Origin: an uncultured virus (IMG/VR IMGVR_UViG_3300026119_000001)
Lineage: Duplodnaviria > Heunggongvirae > Uroviricota > Caudoviricetes
Reading direction: 5' to 3' (one strand)
Length of the DNA: 64,000 nt
Virus record (IMG/VR): IMGVR_UViG_3300026119_000001
Part shown: positions 57,428 to 64,000 of the stretch, one piece after another
How positions within the stretch are numbered: position 1 is the first letter of the stretch
How the letters are laid out: each line of letters opens with the position of its first letter
Position numbers and translations under genes: made by a program
The notes under the pieces: generated by a model
The model's input: the letters and a program-made list of their open reading frames with translations, nothing else
What the model was told of the DNA's origin: nothing
Databases searched by the model: none

Positions 57428-58858
57428 CTATCCAACTGCTCCCTCCATACTAACCTCTAATAATTTATTAGCCTCTACGGCAAATTCCATTGGTAGTTTT
57501 TGAAATATCTCTTTACAAAATCCTGTGATGAGTAAGTTTCTAGCATCTTCATCTTTTAATCCTCTTTGCATTACATAAAATAATTGTTCATCATCTAGTT
57601 TAGATGTAGTTGCTTCGTGCTTACAAGTACTTGATGAATTTTTATTTTCAATATATGGTACAGTATGAGCAGAACAATGACTACCTAACATTAATGAATC
57701 GCATTGTGTAAAATTTTTTGAGTTGTGTGCATTTTTCATAATTTTTACCAAACCTCTATATGTATTTTTAGAATGCCCTGCTGATATTCCTTTTGATATA
57801 ATAGTTGATTTAGTATTTTTACCTAGGTGGATCATTTTAGTACCTGTATCTGCTTGTTGTCTACCAGTTGTTAATGCAACAGAATAAAATTCTCCTACTG
57901 AATTATCACCCATTAATAAACAAGATGGATACTTCCAAGTTATAGCAGAACCAGTTTCAAACTGTGTCCAAGTAATTTTAGAATTACGCCCTTTACATTT
58001 TCCACGTTTAGTTACAAAATTATATATACCACCCTTACCTGTAACTGGATCTCCAGGATACCAATTTTGTATTGTTGAATATTTTATTTCTGCGTCATCT
58101 AGTGCTACAAGTTCTACGTTAGCAGCGTGTAGTTGATTCTCATCCCTCATTGGTGCTGTACAACCTTCAAGGTAACTTACATAACTGCCTTTGTCTGCTA
58201 TAATTAAAGTTCTTTCAAACTGTCCTGTATTAGCCGCATTGATTCTAAAATATGTACTTAACTCCATTGGACATCTTATTCCTGGTGGTACATATACAAA
58301 TGAACCATCTGTAAATACAGCAGAATTTAAAGCAGCAAACGAATGGTCATTTATAGGTATAACTGAACCCATATATTGTTTTACAAGATTAGGATGATTT
58401 TGTACTGCTTCTGAAAATGGACAAAATATAATTCCTAATTCTGCTAATTTACTTTTAAATGTAGTTGCAACTGATACAGAATCAAATACAGCATCAACTG
58501 CCACACCTGCAAGTCCAGCCCTTTCAGCTAATGGTATTCCTAATCTTTCAAAATCCTTTTTAATTTCTGGATCAACATCATCATATGATTCAGGACCTGC
58601 TTTTGGTGCTGAATAATATGATATTGCTTGATAGTCTATTGGATTAATATCAAGATTTGCCCAATCGGGTTGTTTTAATATTTTCCATCTACGATATGCT
58701 TTTAATCTAAATTCAAGTAACCATTTAGGTTCTTTTTTAATTTTTGAAATCTGCTTTACTGTACTTTCATCAAGGCCTGGTGGTAATGTTACTGATTCAA
58801 CATTTGTTGTAAAACCAGCATCATATTTCTTTTTAAGTTTCTCTTGAAGTATGTCCAT
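57428..58858 (-). CDS. sufB: Fe-S cluster assembly scaffold SufB
   Basis: [93 protein letters not shown]. Confidence 0.96.
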   Translation of the reverse strand: MDILQEKLKKKYDAGFTTNVESVTLPPGLDESTVKQISKIKKEPKWLLEFRLKAYRRWKILKQPDWANLDINPIDYQAISYYSAPKAGPESYDDVDPEIKKDFERLGIPLAERAGLAGVAVDAVFDSVSVATTFKSKLAELGIIFCPFSEAVQNHPNLVKQYMGSVIPINDHSFAALNSAVFTDGSFVYVPPGIRCPMELSTYFRINAANTGQFERTLIIADKGSYVSYLEGCTAPMRDENQLHAANVELVALDDAEIKYSTIQNWYPGDPVTGKGGIYNFVTKRGKCKGRNSKITWTQFETGSAITWKYPSCLLMGDNSVGEFYSVALTTGRQQADTGTKMIHLGKNTKSTIISKGISAGHSKNTYRGLVKIMKNAHNSKNFTQCDSLMLGSHCSAHTVPYIENKNSSSTCKHEATTSKLDDEQLFYVMQRGLKDEDARNLLITGFCKEIFQKLPMEFAVEANKLLEVSMEGAVG

Positions 58859-59475
58859 TATCCTTTAACAAGTGGAACAAAAGTACACCCTATTAAATGT
58901 TCTTCTTTAACAATTGGTACACCTGCCTTCTCTTCTTTTTTAATAATCTCTACTATCTTGTCACCAACAGGCACAATCATTTTACCACTATCTTTTAATT
59001 GTTTAAGTAATTCATATGGTACTTTATCTGCCATTGCTGTTACAATAATTCTATCATATGGTGCGTGTTCTTCCCAACCATTGTGACCATCAGCTACTTT
59101 AAATTTCACGTGTTCATAACCTAATTTTAACAATAATCTTTGTGTTCTTTGTGATAATTTAAAAATTCTTTCTACTGAATATACATCTGTTGTTAATTCT
59201 GCCAACACAGCAGTTTGATAACCTGAACCTGTACCTATCTCTAACACTTTGTCTAAAGGTTTAATACCAAGTTGTTGAGTCATATATGCAACCATAAAAG
59301 GTTGTGATATAGTTTGACCATAACCTATTTCAAGTGGTCTATCTTCATAGGCAAATGCCCCACCCACACAAAACTTATGTCGTGGTACTTGTCGCATTGC
59401 ATAGATAGTTCTCTTGTTGATTTTACAACCCTTGTTCATAAGAGTTTTAATCATTTGGTCCATATCTCTTTTCAT
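58858..59475 (-). CDS. pcm: protein-L-isoaspartate O-methyltransferase
   Basis: [42 protein letters not shown]. Confidence 0.95.
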   Translation of the reverse strand: MKRDMDQMIKTLMNKGCKINKRTIYAMRQVPRHKFCVGGAFAYEDRPLEIGYGQTISQPFMVAYMTQQLGIKPLDKVLEIGTGSGYQTAVLAELTTDVYSVERIFKLSQRTQRLLLKLGYEHVKFKVADGHNGWEEHAPYDRIIVTAMADKVPYELLKQLKDSGKMIVPVGDKIVEIIKKEEKAGVPIVKEEHLIGCTFVPLVKG

Positions 59476-60023
59476 TAAAAATAGTTAATGTTTATATTAA
59501 CTCTCCTTTGAGTATTTGTTGTGTTTGTACCAGTATGTGTAACAGATGGATCAAAAAGGATTGCTCTGTTTGCAACACTATCAATTTTGGTACCGCAATC
59601 TTTAAACTTTGTGTAGCCATCACAAGTATTTAAAGCAAGCAAACAACCATTGTGTTTATAATCTGTATCTTCGTGCCAAGTATGTTCAATTAGTTTGCCT
59701 TGATTAGGATATGAATTTATTTTTACTCTTATCAATTCTTTCACCTTTAATTTAGAGGTAATTGGGTTCATTATTTCAAATACGTTTTTGTCCTTAAAGT
59801 GTTGAAACGTTTGATTGTCGTATAACGTATGAACAAAGAAAAAATAATTACCAACTTTCTTATCTTCATTTTCTATTTCCTGTGGGGTTTTATCCCAATC
59901 ATACTGGAGATGGTTGAGTACTGGTCGTTCAAAATGAAACCAAGGAAAAGCATTACCCATTATCACTTCTTGCATTTCTTCAAAAATGTTTTTATCTAAA
60001 AAATTATCTATAACTTTAATCAT
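59475..60023 (-). CDS. 2OG-Fe(II) oxygenase
   Basis: KVIDNFL, WHED, NTCDGYT, NRAILFD...H, RVNININY. Confidence 0.8.
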   Translation of the reverse strand: MIKVIDNFLDKNIFEEMQEVIMGNAFPWFHFERPVLNHLQYDWDKTPQEIENEDKKVGNYFFFVHTLYDNQTFQHFKDKNVFEIMNPITSKLKVKELIRVKINSYPNQGKLIEHTWHEDTDYKHNGCLLALNTCDGYTKFKDCGTKIDSVANRAILFDPSVTHTGTNTTNTQRRVNININYF

Positions 60024-60367
60024 TTTACTTTTTTCCCTACTGACTCTCTAATTATATCGTTATGGTCAAATTCTGCCCAATATAATTCAAAAGCAATACC
60101 GTCTTCCACACCTTCAAATTGATGATATTCTCCTGGTTTAATTCTTGTCCAATCACCAGCATTTAATAACGTTTCATCTACTAGTTCCTGGTCATCTTTC
60201 CAAACTCTTACAATCATTTTACCTGAAACAACATAAAAGCCATTCCATTTATATTTGTGTTTATGTTTAGAACATTTTATTCCTTTTTTAAAATCTATTC
60301 TATGAAATTCTAACACTCCATTAGCGTGTATTAATTCTGTAGAACCCCATATTTTTCCTGACTTCAT
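60020..60367 (-). CDS. cupin-domain protein
   Basis: GKIWG, SKHKH, FYVVSG, IKPGEYHQF; ATG at 60367. Confidence 0.8.
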   Translation of the reverse strand: MKSGKIWGSTELIHANGVLEFHRIDFKKGIKCSKHKHKYKWNGFYVVSGKMIVRVWKDDQELVDETLLNAGDWTRIKPGEYHQFEGVEDGIAFELYWAEFDHNDIIRESVGKKVK

Positions 60368-61143
60368 TTTAAACGTTCTTTCCAAAACTTTTTTATCTTA
60401 TTATAGTTAACTGTAAAATGTTGTTTTAACATTAAATAAGTTATTCTTTCATCTTCTCTATATTTAGAGTCAGTTATAACATTTAAATTTCTATGTTCTA
60501 TTTCATCTTTAGGTATTAGTATCAATTGTGCTATTGGTGTGCCTGCTTTGATTAACTCTTCTCCTTTTGTGGAGTGCCAAAATATAGGCACCATAATACT
60601 ACCTATTCCCATATCACAATCTAATACTCCTGAACAAGTTGTAAATCTAAAATCATCTAGGTAAAATGGGTGCAACATTAACAGATAATGGTCTTTAGGT
60701 ATTCTTACCTTCCAAGGCATATTAACTTTAAGTATTTTCTTTAATGTGTCTTTCGGCCAGTTCTCATAAAAAGGATATAAATTTCCTTCTCCGTGATGAT
60801 TAATAAACTCTTCTTTTACACCTATAGTTTTATCCTCTAAAGGTACTTGCCATCTATAAATTTCATCATCACCACCAATTACATCTATCTTAACGTCTTG
60901 ATGTAGTCTTACAATATATCCTTGATTTCTATAATCAATAATACCTGGACATTTTGATGTATGTCTTTGTTTTTCTTTTGATAGGTAAGGTGAATTTTCA
61001 AATTCACTTCGTTGTGTCAATGTCCCAAGTTTTTTATAATCTTGCGCCATCTTAATCATCCATTTGTGTCTGTATTCACTTGCCTTAATTATAGGCATAG
61101 TCGTTTCAACACCTGCTACTTGTGCTATAAAATCAATTTTCAT
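60364..61143 (-). CDS. hypothetical protein (beta-clip/dUTPase-like fold suspected)
   Basis: KCPGI, PWKV, GVLDCD, IKAGTPIAQLILI. Confidence 0.55.
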   Translation of the reverse strand: MKIDFIAQVAGVETTMPIIKASEYRHKWMIKMAQDYKKLGTLTQRSEFENSPYLSKEKQRHTSKCPGIIDYRNQGYIVRLHQDVKIDVIGGDDEIYRWQVPLEDKTIGVKEEFINHHGEGNLYPFYENWPKDTLKKILKVNMPWKVRIPKDHYLLMLHPFYLDDFRFTTCSGVLDCDMGIGSIMVPIFWHSTKGEELIKAGTPIAQLILIPKDEIEHRNLNVITDSKYREDERITYLMLKQHFTVNYNKIKKFWKERLK

Positions 61144-61792
61144 TTTGGAATCCTTCACGTATTGTTTCTTTTAATATTAATTGTGCTTCTACTTCATTGT
61201 ATCTTAAAAATGGTTTTAACTTTTTGAGTTTAGAGGAGATATGAGGCCAGACAACTTTTTCCTTAATTTGTGTATCCCAATCTTTGATAAACGCAATAGT
61301 TTTATCAAGTATGATGGCGGTCTGGTAGTTAATTTTTTCTTGAATAAGTAATCGTAGCATTCTTGGGTGTTGACCATTATGAACGCCCATACCACTATCA
61401 AAAGTAATACCACGCTTGTTAAAATCGTAAACAATACGACCAAGGTCACCTCGTAAATTGTAATTAAAAGATTCCCCATATCCTTTGTATCGTAAGTAGG
61501 TTTTGTGTCCTGTATCTTCAAGTAAATTTCCTATCCATTTTTTATTATTACTTGCAAAATTAGAAACAAAATAATCAACAATACTATCTTTAGTATATCT
61601 AGTTGAAAGTTTATAAAAAAAATATCTATCATTTCGTCTTGTAAATTGTTCCAAACTCGCATTCACCTTTCCGTTATATTTATGATAGTCATAAGCACTT
61701 GTAGTAAAATGTAATTTAACTGCTACATATGTCTTATAGACATCAAATCCTCTATTTCTTGTATAACCTTCTACTACCCCAACATCAACCAT
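61133..61792 (-). CDS. helicase loader gp59
   Basis: VYKTY.A.KLHF....YDY.KY.GK, F..RNDRYFF.KL, YFVSNF. Confidence 0.88.
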   Translation of the reverse strand: MVDVGVVEGYTRNRGFDVYKTYVAVKLHFTTSAYDYHKYNGKVNASLEQFTRRNDRYFFYKLSTRYTKDSIVDYFVSNFASNNKKWIGNLLEDTGHKTYLRYKGYGESFNYNLRGDLGRIVYDFNKRGITFDSGMGVHNGQHPRMLRLLIQEKINYQTAIILDKTIAFIKDWDTQIKEKVVWPHISSKLKKLKPFLRYNEVEAQLILKETIREGFQNEN

Positions 61793-62402
61793 CTAACAAA
61801 TACCTTACACATATTGGAAAATGGTCTCTCATATGTTTTTCTATATTATGTGTCACCATTCTTGTTTCAACTTGAGCATTATCTTTATTTCTTAAATTAC
61901 ACACTCTACTAAACGCATATAAACTACCTGACCATAACCACTCCGTCATCATACATTGTGGTAATATCATACGTGCCATTTCAGGTGCAATACCTGACTC
62001 TAACATATCCTTATATGTATCTTTAGTAGTATCTATCACGTTCATAATATCATATTCTATTTCTTCTTTACTTGAACCTTGTTTAATATTCTTATCAGGT
62101 CGTTTTCTCCATACAAAAGGTATATAAAATTCTGGTTTATCTGAAACATATCGTCTGCTCACTTCATTCCAACTTAAACCAACTTGGTGTTTAACTAATT
62201 GTCTTGCAACAAAAACAGGTGCCTTAATTCTAAATGATAATGAGGCGTGAGCAAAAGGTGACCAGTGTCCGTGTACCGCTAAATATTTAATTAACTTTTC
62301 ATCATTATCATCAAGTTCATCTTTAATTTTTGCAAATGACACTCTAGCAGCATTTACTACTGATAGGTCACTACCCATTTTATCTATAAGTTCAACGTCC
62401 AT
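61785..62402 (-). CDS. thyX: FAD-dependent thymidylate synthase
   Basis: SDLSVVNAARVSF, HWSPF, APVFVARQLVKH, NEVSRRY, EMARMILP. Confidence 0.95.
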   Translation of the reverse strand: MDVELIDKMGSDLSVVNAARVSFAKIKDELDDNDEKLIKYLAVHGHWSPFAHASLSFRIKAPVFVARQLVKHQVGLSWNEVSRRYVSDKPEFYIPFVWRKRPDKNIKQGSSKEEIEYDIMNVIDTTKDTYKDMLESGIAPEMARMILPQCMMTEWLWSGSLYAFSRVCNLRNKDNAQVETRMVTHNIEKHMRDHFPICVRYLLDG

Positions 62403-62410
62403 AAACAACT

Positions 62411-62560
62411 CTAATCATATTTTATTCTTTTTCCGTGTTCATCTCTACCATCTGGAGCATATAAAACTTTATAACAATCGTGTGTCTTATTCCATTCACG
62501 ATATCTTGCATATCGTTCAAAGGTATCATCTTTTTGTTCTTCTTTATTCTTATCTATCAT
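62411..62560 (-). CDS. 49-aa hypothetical protein
   Basis: Hand translation starting MIDKNKEEQKDDTFERYARY; ATGA overlap and GGAGG SD. Confidence 0.5.
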   Translation of the reverse strand: MIDKNKEEQKDDTFERYARYREWNKTHDCYKVLYAPDGRDEHGKRIKYD

Positions 62561-63369
62561 ATATTGCCTCCAATGTTCCAAAATAAAATATCACCTTTAA
62601 GTTTTTCTATGTTATGTTCTAACCATTTCCACGCTTTTCTATCCCAAGTTCCGTTGCAAGGAAATGGTACTTCATAATCTTCCATCATATCATCAAATTC
62701 AAATTGTGATTTATAAACATTAATATTGCTAGAAGAAATAGAATGACTTTTATATTTTTTATTAATTGTATTCTCATTTGATACTGTAATAACTTGTGCT
62801 TGTTTAATAGAATTAGAAAATAAATCACTACCTGGTGCAAATGCTTGGACAATTCCTGAACTTGTTACACCTGACCCAGCAGAAATAACTAAATTGTCAA
62901 CTAAATGTTTTTTAAATACTTCTTCAGCACGCCTTTTTAATGTATTAATATAATTAATATGGTCAAAAGCATACGGCAACATTTGTATATCTTTTTGTTT
63001 GGCATATGTCTTAACTCTATTATATAATATAGCCATCATATTAGGTTTTAATTCGTGGAACTCACAATCATTTTTTCTTGCTTTATTTAATATAAATTCT
63101 GAATATGTTTTTGATGGTGGGTATGCGTAAATAAATTTAATACCTTTTTGCTTACAAAGATATGATAATGCCCAACCACTCCAAGAACCATTGACAGCAA
63201 GATGTATTAATGGATATTTAGGATTTAAATTATCTAACAATTTATTAATACCAGACATTTTACCCCACGGTGGTAATACATAACCATCACCCATAAGGTC
63301 ATCCCTTTTAACAAGTATCTTCCGACCTTTTAAATTATATTCTTTAACTGGTGTATTTAAATTCAACAT
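62557..63369 (-). CDS. PLP-dependent enzyme, fold-type II (ACC deaminase/D-cysteine desulfhydrase-like)
   Basis: TPV, ILVKRDDL, PPWGK, SAGSGVT..GI, LFWNIG. Confidence 0.8.
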   Translation of the reverse strand: MLNLNTPVKEYNLKGRKILVKRDDLMGDGYVLPPWGKMSGINKLLDNLNPKYPLIHLAVNGSWSGWALSYLCKQKGIKFIYAYPPSKTYSEFILNKARKNDCEFHELKPNMMAILYNRVKTYAKQKDIQMLPYAFDHINYINTLKRRAEEVFKKHLVDNLVISAGSGVTSSGIVQAFAPGSDLFSNSIKQAQVITVSNENTINKKYKSHSISSSNINVYKSQFEFDDMMEDYEVPFPCNGTWDRKAWKWLEHNIEKLKGDILFWNIGGNI

Positions 63370-64000
63370 TAAAACATAACCCTTTCACTCCGATTTAAAA
63401 TAGGTTTTGAAATCAAACCATTCAAACAATCTTTTATTTGCTGTTCTAAATCCTCAAAATATGTTGTGTTATTTTCATATGAAAAATTATGTTCCCAAGC
63501 AGTATGTTTTGTATAGGTGACTTTACCTGTATCTAATATTTCTTTTCTATATTCATTTCCTAAAGTATCAATATAAGCGTGGGAGATATTATCTATATTA
63601 TCTAATAATGCTTTATTATCTATAACATCTGACCGACTAATTGATATTAATTTACCTTTAAATTTAGAAAGAATATCATCATTAATAAGATGTTTATTTT
63701 TCTTTGGTGGGACGGTTACAATTAATGTATTATAATTATGCCAATAGAATCCATCTATATTTCTTCCTACTATTCTTATGTTATCTGATTTTACTTTTGA
63801 CCCAACTGATCCATTACCTATTAATGCAATTTTATCATCATCTTTTATATACTGATTTATCCAATCAGCAGTTGGTTGTGCAAATGGTTTTGTAGTAACA
63901 ACTCCTATATTTCTTCTCTCACATTCTTTAAGATTGATGTTATCATATCCGTGCTGGCGTACTACAATCCATTCTAAATTAGGAAATGCTTTATAAGTTT
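63369..64000 (-). CDS. D-isomer-specific 2-hydroxyacid dehydrogenase family protein (5' end outside the window)
   Basis: Hand translation: FPNLEWIVVRQHGYDNINL, IGNGSVG (GxGxxG), ISISRSDVIDNKAL, YTKHTAW. Confidence 0.8.
   Translation of the reverse strand, partial: TYKAFPNLEWIVVRQHGYDNINLKECERRNIGVVTTKPFAQPTADWINQYIKDDDKIALIGNGSVGSKVKSDNIRIVGRNIDGFYWHNYNTLIVTVPPKKNKHLINDDILSKFKGKLISISRSDVIDNKALLDNIDNISHAYIDTLGNEYRKEILDTGKVTYTKHTAWEHNFSYENNTTYFEDLEQQIKDCLNGLISKPILNRSERVMF

Noticed and set aside
57428..58858. Intein in SufB, or host-derived contamination
   Set aside because: Length and motifs are continuous with no insertion; the gene is coupled to neighbours and flanked by gp32 and gp59
357..63895. 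Many short ORFs antisense to or nested in larger genes (e.g. 357..590, 6790..7098, 40687..41139, 50923..51516, 54442..54840)
   Set aside because: Shadow frames of well-supported genes, with no SD or recognisable motifs
1..64000. Stop-codon reassignment
   Set aside because: Core genes are full length under the standard code and end in TAA, TAG and TGA

Overview
A 64 kb AT-rich segment of a T4-like (myovirus) phage genome. Gene content and style point to a marine pelagimyophage-like virus with an alphaproteobacterial (SAR11-type) host; this host assignment is inference. Most genes are on the minus strand under T4-type late promoters (TATAAATA). Left to right the window holds: tail-fibre/adhesin-like genes, including a tandem-duplicated large+small gene pair; a ~12 kb enzyme island (desaturase, four radical SAM enzymes, hydroxylases, PLP enzyme, TauD-like dioxygenase, epimerase, methyltransferase, glycosyltransferases); baseplate genes (DUF4815/VrlC-like, gp8, gp9-like, gp7, gp6, gp25, PAAR); full-length ribosomal protein bL12; a block of micro-ORFs; gp5, hub, gp53, gp48, gp4, IscA/SufA, a tape-measure candidate, gp51/gp26, gp54, gp2, gp32; then SufB, Pcm, oxygenases, gp59, ThyX, a PLP enzyme and a 2-hydroxyacid dehydrogenase. 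Signals not explained by the gene calls: (1) a probable -1 ribosomal frameshift joining gp26 to gp51, like lambda G/GT; (2) a ~2 kb GGCC-dense island across gp5, flanked by iteron-like repeats on one side and a promoter-driven hairpin-rich leader on the other (candidate origin/pac locus); (3) two GAAC-N7-GAAC boxes matching the alphaproteobacterial LexA site next to sigma70 promoters. All product calls come from reading motifs and synteny, not database searches. No tRNA, rRNA, CRISPR array or mobile element was seen.
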